A DNA stretch of 64,000 bases from Leucoraja erinacea (lineage: Eukaryota): assembly GCF_028641065.1 (NCBI RefSeq), contig NC_073391.1, positions 14,384,001 to 14,448,000 of the forward strand, written 5' to 3'. Below are positions 1 to 11,210 of this stretch, in pieces. The translations under genes were made by a program, and so were the position numbers. Under the pieces are notes generated by a model that saw only the letters and a program-made list of their open reading frames with translations, had not been told where the DNA came from and did no database searches. Numbering within the stretch: the first letter of the stretch is position 1; each line of letters opens with the position of its first letter.

Positions 1-278
1 GGGGCAATGCCTCGTTCGTCTTCCCTTTCAGTTCCATGCCTCTGGTTCTGTGGGATGGTCCTGTGGCGGCCCCTGGTGGTTAGCTACTCGTGGTGCGAAC
101 CCTCGGAACGGGGGGTTGGGTCATGTGACTTGGTTTGGCGGGAAGGGTGAGTCACGGGTCTCCCCTGGGGTATCTATACGGCTGGTAACGCCTCTGCCCC
201 TTGTTGTGGTTCTGAGAGCTGTTTTATGTTCACTTAATAAAGAACACTTTGATTGACAACACATGTCTCGCTATAACA
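1..278 (+). mobile_element. Probable 3' part of an LTR (solo or 3' LTR), truncated by window edge
   Basis: GC-rich U3-like stretch, TATA-like tatctatac (~171), AATAAA at 236-241, and a terminal ...TATAACA at 278 followed by a switch to AT-rich DNA. No partner LTR in the window. Confidence 0.4.
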
Positions 279-1199
279 TATTGTTTCAGAAAGCCTATAC
301 TCGACAAAGTAGTACAGTATATTTGATTCCATTAGTCTGCATGAAATGTAAGAGTGACAGTGAGAATCTGGGAAGAAAATTGGGCAGTGGACCAAAGTGT
401 TCATAATTGTGATGAAATAGCACACATTACAAAAAAATCCTTGAAGGCATTAAATCCCAAAAGAAAAAATGATTCCATCTATTAAAAAATCAAAAATATT
501 GCATTTTGGAGTTTTAAAATAAAAACAGAAAATGTTGAAACTATTCACCAGTACGGCAATATCTGTGGAATCAATAAAGTTTCAATTCCAGGATTCTTTA
601 TCGCATCTTTTCTTGCAGTTTTTTGCGTCTCTATACAAAATATATTTTAGATGAAATATAGAAAAGAGAAGCTGAGACAAAATGAAGACAGAAAGAAAGA
701 AAGAATGAGTATCTAAAGTTGCGGAATTCCACATTCAGTCTGCAGCATTCCCAGGAGAGGTGTTTGTGTTTCTCACACGTGTATTGATTCATCTATGGCT
801 GACAAGAGAAATTAAATACAATATTAAACCAACATTAGAAGCCTATAAATTTACCAGAAACAGCAGTAGAGCTTAGGAATGGGAGCATTTTAGAATGCAG
901 CAAGGGAGGACCAAGAAACACATTGAGAAAAGCAAGTTGGAATATGAGTGGGGACTTATGAGAAACATTAAAACACACTAAGAGGTTTTACAGGTACATA
1001 AAAAGGAAATTACCAGTGAGAGCTAATCTGGATAGCCCATCCCGCAGGGCAGGAGATGGCTGAGAAATGAAACTATTATTTTTGCATCGGCCTTAATGGA
1101 CAAAGATACACAAAATCTGCCAGACATATTAGAGAATCTAGGATCTAGGATGTGCATGGACCAATAACAGCCACATTTATTCAGATATCTTTTGCTTTT

Positions 1200-1315
1200 C
1201 CGTACTCGATTTTGAGGTTCCCACCTGCTTTAAGAAGATCACTATCATTCCGGTGTAAAAGACAAGCAAGGTAGCGGGACTTAATGACTACCATGCAGTG
1301 GTTATAACATCCACC
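1200..1315 (+). mobile_element. Rex1/Babar-like LINE RT fragment (degraded)
   Basis: Translates PTCFKKITIIPV*KTSKVAGLNDYHAV, homologous to [14 protein letters not shown]...LNDYRPV of the Rex1 copy at ~11600-11690. Confidence 0.55.
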
Positions 1316-1364
1316 AAAAATGTCTCCAAGATTCTATTTATAAATCCATAAATTTCCTACAACA

Positions 1365-1522
1365 TGTGTAGGAAGGAATGCTGATGCTAATTTACACCGA
1401 AGATGGACACAAAACTTGACTCTCAGTCTGATGAAGGGTCTCGACCTGAAACATCACCTATTCTTTTTCTCCAGGGATACTGGAGTACTGACCCGCTGAG
1501 TTACTCCAGCATTTTGTGTCTA
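1365..1522 (+). mobile_element. Penelope pseudo-LTR-derived short element with hammerhead-like motif
   Basis: CTGATGA-AGGGTC-TC-GACCT-GAAA-CATC at 1428-1455, then gctgagttactccagcattttgtgtc, matching the elements at 9330 and 42826. Confidence 0.6.
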
Positions 1523-1802
1523 ATTTCCAACAACAGATGTTTTATTGTCATTTTTGTAACTTCTGTTTTCCTCTTTTTCTTTTGTCTTATTTAAATACTG
1601 AAGATCCTCTAAAGTAAAATTTATGTTGTAAAACTGTGAAAAACATAAAATGTCCTTTGTTTAGCTGTGAAATAAATGATTATGAAATGTTAAAACATGC
1701 AAAGTGAACCATTTGAACTAAAAAACATTATTTTCTTTATTTTTACTGAATTACACCAATTACTGAATTCCCTTTCTATATTGCTTTTCATTTAAATAGT
1801 GT

Positions 1803-1900
1803 ATAGAACATAGAACAGTTCAGCACAGGAACTGGCCCTTCAGCCCACAAGACCTGTACCGTACATGATGCCAAGACCAACGTCTATCCACCTACTGTTT
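1803..1900 (-). mobile_element. CR1 LINE 3' tail fragment
   Basis: Begins atagaacatagaacag...cagcacaggaactggcccttcagccc, the reverse complement of a CR1 3' end with short tandem tail. Confidence 0.5.
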
Positions 1901-2229
1901 CAAGAAACTCTCTTAGATAGACCTACCAAATTCTGTTCATATAACCCTTTAGCACTGAGCAAGTCTTAGTCAATTTTGTAGAAGTTAAGGTCACCTGCTG
2001 AGACAACTCAGTTGCTTTGGCATCTTTTGGTAATCCGCCTCTGTATCTTTTCCTCTATCTCAAGTTTAAGTCCAATGCTCAAGTGAGCTTATTGTCATGT
2101 GTCCCTGTATAGGACAATGAAATTCTTGCTTTGCTTCAGCACACAGAACATAGTAGGCATTTACTACAAAACAGATAAGTGTGTCCATATACCATAATAT
2201 AAATATATACACACATGAATAAATAAACT

Positions 2230-2570
2230 CCTGCTGTCTATTGGTGGAAGGAGGGGGAGGGGCATTAGTACAATCTATACAGTATTTGCACCTTTCTTAA
2301 TTTTTGAGCTGCCTCAGCAGACGAACTGTCCAGTATGTCTTCTCTGAGTGCCACCGTGACATTCTCCCTGATTAGTTGAGCAACTTTTCCACTTCTCCTT
2401 CCCCCCCTCCCCCCATTATGCATGAAACATCGAAACCCCGGAATGTTGACCTGCCAGTCGGGTCCCTCTTGCAATTATGTTTGCACAATATCATATTCGC
2501 AAAAAGCAATCCGGGCTCTACGTTCAAATGCTTTCCTCACAATGCTCCTTGCATTGAAATACCGTATACA
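2230..2570 (-). mobile_element. CR1 ORF2 endonuclease fragment
   Basis: ORF 2265-2474: QEGPDWQVNIPGFRCF...GGKVAQLIRENVTVALREDIL, typical of the CR1 APE domain. Confidence 0.6.
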
Positions 2571-2968
2571 CAGTCCATCAGCTTCACCATATTCCTTATC
2601 CTGCCTGTCCTTCTTTTGAGACTTAATGTTCCTAACCTCCACTTTTCCACTCCAATTCTATTTGCTCAATGTCTCTTGGCATGTTTTATATGGGGGGTGG
2701 TGCTGGGGAGGAATAGGGGAGACCGTTTCCAATTACATACCTCGACGGAGATGCAACTTTTCTCCGTGCCGCATTTTAGCCCCCCTTGCGGCCTAACAGC
2801 TGGATTGGTGCGGCCTTTCTGACCGGAGATCGGCCCAGAGCCCAGATCTTCAGCAGCATGCGCAGTGTGGACTTTGACATCGCGGAGCTGCGATCCTTTG
2901 TGGATCGCTAGTGTTGGAGTTCCGACAGCGGGGGCCTCCTGACTTTAACACCATGGAGCTTGGTCTGT

Positions 2969-5014
2969 TCTACCTGGAAGTCTACCTGAGTCTCCCGGTG
3001 CGGAGACCGTGGCGAACTGGCAGGAGCTGGAGCTGAAAGTCGTCACCCGGCTGGGGCGCTGGGCGGGTCCCCTCAGAGTGCTTTCCTACCGGGGCAGGGT
3101 GTTGGTCATTAACCAACTTGTTGCCTCCTTGCTCTGGTACAGATTGACCATACTGGTCCCATCAGCCACCTTTGCTGGGATCATCCAGAAGAAGTTGGTG
3201 GACTTCTTCTGGGGCAATGGAAAGCACTGGGTCTCTGCAGCAGTCCTGAGTCTCCCGATCGAGGAAGGCGGTCAGTCGCTAGTGTGTATTCGCACCAAGT
3301 TGGCGGCTCTCCGCCTCTGGGCCTTGCAAAGATACCTATACTCAGGGCATTATCCCAGGTGGCACGTGCTGGCGACGCACTTTTTCCAACGGGGCCGCTG
3401 CTTTCAAGGAGGTACGCGGATCCCGATGGTGGGCATCAGCCGTGCAGTCCTGATGGGGATGCTCAGCTTCCACAGGGACATGTTGAGAATCTGGAACCTG
3501 GTTGCTGTCGACCGGGTCCCCCTCCGCCAGCGGCGGTGGAAAGCATCTTGTCCGGAAATATTACCATCTGGTTTGGGAATTGCTCTGCCAAGGACAAGAA
3601 GGCTCTGCAGAGAGTAGTGCATTCGGCCGAATGCACTATGGGAACTTCACTCGCCCCCCTGCAGGAACTATACAACAGGAGGTGCAACTCCAGAGCAAAT
3701 AAAATCATGGGGACCCCTTCCACCCCTGCAACGGACTGTTCCAGCTGCCGCGGTCAGGCAAACGCCTCCGTTGCCATGCGGTGAGAATGGAGAGGTTGAG
3801 AAGGAGTTTCTTCCCAGAGGCAATTCGGACTGTAAACGCCTATCTCACCAGGGACTAACTCTACAGAACATTTTTCCTTCCATTATTTATTATGTAAAAG
3901 AATATGTGTGTTATGATTGTGTTTATAATTTATTTTGGTTGTTTTGTTGTTTATCTTTTGCACAAAAGTCCGCGAGCATTGCCACTTTCATTTCACTGCA
4001 CATCTCGTATGTGTATGTGACAAATAAACTTGACTTGACTTGACTTGACTTGATGAGAGCAGCCGGTCCTTGTCACGCCCCACCGGGTGTCGGGGGGGGC
4101 TCAAACGAGTGGAGTACCTGTGGTTGAGCAAACCCCCGCTAGGCCGGAAGTATTCATCGGACCCAGGCGCCGTAATCCTTCCCGGGAGCCGGTCCCACAC
4201 AATTTGAGCCGCCTTCCCTCGACACCCTTCATCTCCCTCCGAGACGCATGGAGGTGTGTCCTGTACGGGCTCCTCCTCCACACCCTGCACTTCCTCGCCC
4301 TGGTCCACCGTCCGGACACCAAGTGGCGGTCGGTGTTGCCTTTCGGTCGCGAGGTGGGCCCCCGGTGGGAGTCCCTCTACGCAGGGATTCTCCTCCTCTA
4401 CATTGGGGACCTGGGGTGGAGGGTATTGCACCGAGGTGTTCCCTGCAACCTGTTTCTCTCGTGGTTCACAGACTCGCCGGCCGCCTGCCACTTTTGCGGG
4501 CTGGAAGATTCTGTGTACCACGTGTACATGGAGTGCGTGAGGCTGCAGCCACTGTTTGAATACCTAAAGGGGCTGTTCCTTGCCTTCTGGCTACATTTTT
4601 CACCCACCATTCTCATCTTTGGACACCCTGTGCATAGGGGAGAGTGTAGGGCTGAAGATGTCCTGGTTGGGTTGCTCCTGGGCCTGGCAAAGCTGGCCAT
4701 CCGCGAGTCAAGGCGCCAGGCGGTGGAGGGTTCTATCCGAACCGGCTGCCTGCCCCTTTTCCGGGGTTATGTCCATGCCCGGGTGCTGTTAGAAAGGGAA
4801 TAAGCCCTGTCCACGGGCACCCCGAGGGAGTTCCGGGACCGCTGGGCTCCGCAAGGTGTGGAATGTATCCTCAATAAGGATTGTAACATAGTTGTATTGT
4901 GGTTTATTATTGATATATGTTTGTATTGTATTATGGTGGTGGGTTCTGGCTTATTTTATTGTAGCGTAAATATTAATTTTTAATAATTGAATATATTTTT
5001 TGATTAAAAAAAAA
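2969..5014 (+). mobile_element. 5'-truncated Tx1-like (L1 clade) LINE
   Basis: ORF 3009-3617 (LSYRGRVLVINQLVASLLWYRL) and ORF 4087-4803 (Cys-rich CHFCGLEDSVYHVYMEC). Poly-A at 5006-5014. 16-bp TSD ATGGAGCTTGGTCTGT at 2953-2968 and 5015-5030. Confidence 0.9.
3528..4053 (+). mobile_element. Rex1/Babar LINE 3' fragment nested in Tx1
   Basis: Near-identical to 12393-12922 (AAVESILSGNITIWFGNCS...) and ends in an (ACTTG)n tail. Confidence 0.9.
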
Positions 5015-6976
5015 ATGGAGCTTGGTCTGTGGAGCTTCTAGCCGCGGGCGCGGCACGAACTTGAACATCACAGAGCTGCCGGAAGAAGTGCTCCGACCGC
5101 AGGGCCTGTGGACATGGCATCATGAAGCCGCGGTCTCCGGTCGGAAGTGGCTGATTCGGAAATTCCAAGTATTCCGATCCGTCCCGAGTCGGAGTCTCAA
5201 TCATCCCGACGAGACGACCTGTACATCGGGCCATCCGTAGCGGCGACTGCGGAGGGTTCAGGGCCCCGACCACGGGTGAACAGGAGGAAGATTGGACTTT
5301 TGTACCTTCCATCAAAGTGGGAAGTGCTGGTTCCACTGTGGTGCATGTTTATGTTGAAATGTTTATGTTGCGTTCTTTCTTTCTTGCTAGGAGAGGACTG
5401 CTCATCCACCTAGCTTACTTATGAGTAAAACTGCATCATGATGAATGGCTAGGGTTTCAGCCCCTGATTATACTACATCAATGGAAGAGAATGGCAGATG
5501 GCACCACTCAACCCCGAGTTGGAGTGAACGCCATAGATAGATAGATTTGCTTCCCACCCCCCTGACTCTAGTTTAAACACTCATGGAATGAACACATTGA
5601 ATCAAAGTTTGCTATGATAGATCGTGGATAAGTGATCAAGGACTCAAAAATTCTATTCATTGTTGTAACATGAACCAGACAATTATTGATAAGGTAATGA
5701 CCTCAATAAGTCATGAATTCATGATTACTGTTAGGTTATTTATCAATGACAAATGACAAAATTTAGGAAATTTAGGCACATATAAGGATAAAAAATGAAT
5801 GCTTCGACTTTAGAAAATTACATTAAAAAAAAAAATTACTTTCAAAGAATTCCAACAGAAAGCTTAAAATATTTTTTCCACTGCAAATAAGCCTTTCAAT
5901 GTTAATCATTAAGTGACCCTTAAATGTTATGAATGCATGACTGATTGAACTTAGTCCTCATAACACATTGTGTTCACTGCAAACCTTTTTAAAAGCTTTT
6001 CATATGCTTGAATTCTGTCAAGGAAAATGTCTTGCTACAAACAGTTTTTAATGTTTATCAAAATTGAAGACATAAGTTGTTTTTAATTATTGGGAATAAA
6101 TGAGAAATGCTGGTGTCTTCTTGCAAACATCAGGATAATTATATTTTCATGCCGTCTTAAACGTGGAAAGTTACGGAACAAGACTTTACATGGGTAAGCT
6201 ACTTTCTAGTGTTAAGGAAGGCATCTAGTGAGTCATGAGTCTACATGTTGGTGTAGTTGATGCCTTGAAATAGTAAGCTTTTTAAAAGCTGTGTTTTTAT
6301 TTTTAGTGGAATATACTTTCCTTTCTACAATGTATTTCATTTAAATAGTTCATGAAGTACACAGATTGAATCAAAATAGGTTTTATGATAGACTATGGAT
6401 TAACCAAGCAGTCAAGGACTTTTAAAATAATAATTCAATTTATTGTTATAATTGTATTAGACAATTATTGATAAAGTAATGACATTATTAAGTGCACAAT
6501 ACGTCATTTCTTGAAAATTTAAAGTCCATCCAAAAAGCTACCAGCTCTTATTTATGACTGTTTATAGCTACTGAGCCTAATTACATGCATGTTGAGCAGG
6601 TGAATAAAATGGAATGCATCATTGGTTTTATTCCAAAGTTAATTATTTTATAAATGAAATCAAGTTTCATCAGAATATTTCTTGCCTTGGTGTTTTAATA
6701 TTATTGTGATTGGAAGAGCATGATGGATCTGTTCGGTTCGATGCAGGGTTGAATCTACCAAGTGCCTGATTTCAAATTTGTTGTTATGGTTAACCATCCT
6801 TCAGTTCAGATTTTTTGCTGGGGTGGAGGTGAATGAGAGTAACAATTGTATTAGGACACTGCCTGTTTCCAGAGCCAGCTACAACACAACTAGGCAAATT
6901 CCTAATTTCATGACTGCCATTTTTACTGTGAGCATGAGTAGAAATACTAAGACTTACTGTTCGTAACACAGCTGAT

Positions 6977-7281
6977 GTTTAGTTTAGTTTACATTAAAGA
7001 TACAGTGGGGCAATATGTCTTTTCATCCTATGGAGTCCATGCCAACCTTCAATCACCTGTACACTAGTTCTATGCTATCCCATTTGTGCATCCTACAAAG
7101 TAGGGGCAATTTACAGGTCAATTAACCTACAAACCTGCACGCCTTTGGAATGTGGGAGGAAACTGAACTACCCAGAGAAATCCTACGTAGTCGCAGGGAG
7201 AACATACAAACTTCACAAAGATAGTATTTGTAGTCAAGATCGAAACTTAATCCCTGAGGCAGTAGCTCCACTGCTGTGCCA
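6977..7281 (-). mobile_element. HE1-like tRNA-derived SINE (degraded)
   Basis: (TTTAG)n tail and core caattaacctacaaacctgcacgcctttggaatgtgggaggaaac shared with copies at 29572 and 54122. Confidence 0.75.
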
Positions 7282-7384
7282 CATGTATTTTTTATTTATA
7301 TTACAAATCTACCGCTTAAACCCCATCGTTGAATATGGGTCTATAGCTGAATGGTAGAAAATTAAGATTATTTTGTGGTAGAAA

Positions 7385-7750
7385 TTAGGAACTGCAAATG
7401 CTGATTTACGAAAAAGGTACAAACTGCTGGAGTAATTCAGTGGGTGAAGCAGCACCTCTGGAGAACATGGATCGGCAAAATTTTGGGTTGGGACCCTTCT
7501 TCAGACATTGCGGATGGGGGGGAAAGAAAGCTGAAGCGAGAAGAGGCAAGATAAAGCAGGTAATATTTGGATACAGGCAAAGGGGAGCTTTTGATGGCTG
7601 GAACAAAGGCCAGAGATTAGAGCAGAAGGTGTGAGACGTACAGATTGAACTATTGCAAATTGTGAAACCAGAGGAAAGAATGTAGGGGGAGGGAGAGCTG
7701 AGAAGTCGATGCCTGGGGAGGCACAGGGAAGGGGGAATATAGTGTTCATA
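7385..7750 (-). mobile_element. Penelope pseudo-LTR fragment
   Basis: Reverse complement reads gtctgaagaagggtcccaacccaaaa...ctgaattactccagcagtttgt, with a pyrimidine-rich upstream tract like 56822-57090. Confidence 0.65.
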
Positions 7751-8899
7751 AGGTGGGGATATGTCTTGATTCAAACCAAAGAAGCATGGAAGAAGTTCTA
7801 TAGCTTAATTTTGTTGCATAGCTTTGTAAATAATTAATTATCTATGGTGTAAAAATAATTTGTGTGGTATTGAAACTCCATGCCAGCTTATTGCATTGCA
7901 CTTTGTATGAAATGTTAAGCTGAAGCCTGACGGCCTCTGCAGATCACATGAATGAATTCAAAACATTGGCATTCTCCGGTCCCATGTTTATCTTTTAACA
8001 ATGAACAATTAACGGATCAGATGTAATATTCCATTCCTGTTAACCCAGATTGATTGCCTCAATTTGCCTACACTGGTGACTACAGATCAAAACTATCTCT
8101 TCCGTTGTTTTCTAAGTTAATGTTTAAATTAATTTGTTAATAGGTTATTGGCATTTGAGACAATTTCCACTGCTGTCTGTCGAAAACAAGATTCTCGATT
8201 CATGTGAAATAATTTGCCTAATTTACAGCAAACAGTAATTTTCTGTATATTCCTGAGTTAAACCACTGCCCACATCTAGCATTTACAGTATCTATTCATC
8301 CATATTTATCTTCTCCCGAACACACAAATTCCTGATGATCCTGGTGTTGAACAGCTTTTATGGGATGCTGAAATGGGATGCTTTTTCAAATTTACAACAA
8401 TGGGATTTTAACTAATAACTCTAATCCTCAGGAAGCACCATTTTGGATCATTACTAATAGAAATTAGGTCACATTGTTCCAAACTCAGCCTATCATTTGG
8501 CAATCATTAAACCCTTAGATTTCCACAGAATTGCTTGATTTGTAGCAGCACATTAAAAGCAAAGCTACTTCCACTGAGAGAATCTGTTACTGGCAACTAT
8601 GGAGTGAGTGCTCAATCTGTTGCACTTGACTGCACAAATCCCTGAGCTTGGCTGCCATTACAGTGCAGTGAAACCTCTTACTTTAGGTGGATCTGTGCTG
8701 ATCCTGCAAGCTGTGCTCTTGATAGTGAAGGTTTTGTGCTAATAGCTCCCTTGCCCCTACTTCTTTCACCTGGCCATAACCCCATCCCAGTGCACACTCA
8801 TTTCTCCCACGGCCTCCAAGTCACCCTGATTCTTTCCCCTGCTCCGTAAACATATCTCCCATATCTGAGACCCGTAAACATATCTCCCATATCCGAGAC

Positions 8900-9250
8900 C
8901 CGCAGTTCCCTTTTATCCTCCTCTTTCCCATCCCCCTGTTCCCTTCCACCCTTATACCTCCTGCGGCTTTACATTTCACTCCTCCCTTATCTGACATATT
9001 TTTGTCTCTTTTTCACCTCTGGCCTTTGTCACTTACTCCTTTAATTTGCCATTCACACTACCCCCTCATCTTTATCCACCTGTCACTTACCTGGCTTTGT
9101 CCCACACTCACCTCTCTTTTACAGCTTTCTTCCCCTTACTACAACCAGTCTGAAGAATGGATCATACCCAAAACATTGTCTGTACATAAACCTTCACATA
9201 TGCTGCCTGATCTGTTGAGTTCCAGCATCTGCACTATCTTGTGTCTCTAT
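8900..9250 (+). mobile_element. Penelope pseudo-LTR fragment
   Basis: CT-rich tract, then cagtctgaagaatgg...aaaacattgtc...gctgcctgatctgttgagttccagca...tgtgtct. Confidence 0.6.
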
Positions 9251-9329
9251 ATAATTTAGTTTAGAGATACAGCGTGGAAACAGGCCCTTTTCTCCACTGA
9301 GACTGCGCCGACCAGTGATCACCCATAGA

Positions 9330-9441
9330 AGGAACTGCAGATTCTGGTTTAAACCGAAGACAGACACAAAAAGCTGGAGTTACTCAGCGGGTTACTGTCC
9401 TGTCCCCCTGTCCCGTTGGGTTACTCCAGCTTTTTGTGTCT
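9330..9441. mobile_element. Short fold-back Penelope-derived insertion
   Basis: Inverted arms agacacaaaaagctggagt / actccagctttttgtgtct. 12-bp TSD ATCACCCATAGA at 9318-9329 and 9442-9453. Confidence 0.8.
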
Positions 9442-9466
9442 ATCACCCATAGACTAGTTCAATGTT

Positions 9467-10897
9467 ATAACCATATAACAATTACAGCACGGAAACAGGC
9501 CATCTCGACCCTTCTAGTCCGTGCCGAACACATAATCTCCCCTAGTCCCATATACCTGCGCTCAGACCATAACCCTCCATTCCCTTCCCATCCATATAAC
9601 TATCCAATTTATTTTTAAATGATAAAAACGAACCTGCCTCCACCACCTTCACTGGAAGCTCATTCCACACAGATACCACTCTCTGAGTAAAGAAGTTCCC
9701 CCTCATGTTACCCCTAAACTTCAGTCCCTTAATTCTCAAGTCATGTCCCCTTGTTTGAATCTTCCCTACTCTCAGTGGGAAAAGCTTTTCCACGTCAACT
9801 CTGTCTATCCCTCTCATCATTTTAAAAACCTCTATCAAGTCCCCCCTTAACCTTCTGCGCTCCAAAGAATAAAGCCCTAACTTGTTCAACCTTTCTCTGT
9901 AACTTAGTTGCTGAAACCCAGGCAACATTCTAGTAAATCTCCTCTGTACTCTCTCTATTTTGTTGACATCCTTCCTATAATTAGGCAACCAAAATTGTAC
10001 ACCATACTCCAGAATTGGCCTCACCAATGCCTTGTACAATTTTAACATTACATCCCAACGTCTATACTCAATGCTCTGATTTATAAAGGCCAGCACACCA
10101 AAAGCTTTCTTTACCACCCTATCTACATGAGATTCCACTTTCAGGGAACTGTGCACAGTTATTCCCAGATCCCTCTGTTCACCTACATTCTTCAATTCCC
10201 TACCATTTACCATGTACGTCCTATTTTGATTTGTCCTGCCAAGATGTAGCACCTCACACTTATCAGCATTAAACTCCATCTGCCATCTTTCAGCCCACTC
10301 TTCCAACTGGCATAAATCTCTCTGTAGGCTTTGAAACTCTACTTCATTACCCGCAACCCCACCTATCTTAGTATCATCTGCATACTTACTAATCCAATTT
10401 ACCACACCATCATCCAGATCATTGATGTACATGACAAACAACAGTGGACCCAACACAGATCCCTGTGACACCCCACTAGTCACTGGCCTCCAACCTGACA
10501 AACAACCATCCACCATTACTCTCTGGCATCTCCCATTCAGCCACTGTTGAATCCATCTTGCTACTCCACCATTAATACCCAACCATTGAACCTTCTTAAC
10601 CAACCTTCCATGAGGAACCTTGTCAAAGGCCTTACTGAAGTCCATATACACAACATCCACTGCTTTACCCTCATCAATTTCCCGAGTAACATCTTCAAAA
10701 AATTCAAGAAGATTAGTTAAACATGACCTTCCAGGCACAAATCCATGATGGCTGTTCCTAATCAGACCCTGTTTATCCAGATGCTTATATATATTATCTC
10801 TAAGTATTCTTTCCATTAATTTGCCCACCACTTACATCAAACTAACAGGTCTATAATTGCTAGGTTTACTCTTAGACCCCTTTTTAAACAATGGAAC
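9467..10897 (-). mobile_element. 5'-truncated young CR1 (HER1-like) LINE
   Basis: Uninterrupted 429-aa RT ORF plus 3' UTR ending in a (TTATATGG)-type tail. Confidence 0.95.
9542..10831 (-). CDS. CR1 ORF2 reverse transcriptase, partial (no endonuclease)
   Basis: Motifs HGFVPGRSCLTNL, YMDFSKAFDKVPH, QGSVLGPLLF, KYADDTK; open through to the native stop. Confidence 0.85.
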   Translation of the reverse strand: MVGKLMERILRDNIYKHLDKQGLIRNSHHGFVPGRSCLTNLLEFFEDVTREIDEGKAVDVVYMDFSKAFDKVPHGRLVKKVQWLGINGGVARWIQQWLNGRCQRVMVDGCLSGWRPVTSGVSQGSVLGPLLFVMYINDLDDGVVNWISKYADDTKIGGVAGNEVEFQSLQRDLCQLEEWAERWQMEFNADKCEVLHLGRTNQNRTYMVNGRELKNVGEQRDLGITVHSSLKVESHVDRVVKKAFGVLAFINQSIEYRRWDVMLKLYKALVRPILEYGVQFWLPNYRKDVNKIERVQRRFTRMLPGFQQLSYRERLNKLGLYSLERRRLRGDLIEVFKMMRGIDRVDVEKLFPLRVGKIQTRGHDLRIKGLKFRGNMRGNFFTQRVVSVWNELPVKVVEAGSFLSFKNKLDSYMDGKGMEGYGLSAGIWD

Positions 10898-10962
10898 AGT
10901 TTTGCATCCTACACATTAGGGGCAATTCAAAGAAGCCAATTAACCTACAAACCACCATCCCC

Positions 10963-11003
<41 letters not shown>

Positions 11004-11210
11004 AGCATGTTGGAGGAAATGGGAGGATGCAGAGAAAATCCACAGGGTCCATAGGGAGAACTTAGAGACTCCATGAGTGAGTATCCAGACAGCATGAGTA
11101 GTCAGGATCGACCCAGGTCTCTGGTGCTGTAAGGCAACAGCTATACTTCTGTGCCACTATGCTGCCATATATTAACCTTGTTGCTTGAGAAATTTAAGTA
11201 CAAGAATGGT

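Larger units (their letters stand above)
2665..5380 (+). mobile_element. GC-rich SINE-like element (family also at 14306, 18504, 61537), split by Tx1 insertion
   Basis: Shares gttttatatgggggg..., cggagatgc, catcgcggagctg and ccttccatca(a/c)agtg blocks with the other three copies; the halves join across the Tx1 TSD. Confidence 0.65.
9255..11166 (-). mobile_element. HE1-like SINE split by two insertions and a poly-C expansion
   Basis: Tail tttagtttagagatacagcgtggaaacaggccc at 9255; body resumes at ~10900 (aagccaattaacctacaaac) and ends ...tgtgccactatgctgcc at 11166. Confidence 0.8.

Noticed and set aside
3284-3784. Tx1-Rex1 fusion ORF as a novel protein
   Set aside because: Chance read-through across a nested insertion junction; no start context or promoter.
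8844-8900. 28-bp direct repeat ccgtaaacatatctcccatatc(t/c)gagac
   Set aside because: Simple two-copy tandem duplication without spacers; not CRISPR-like.
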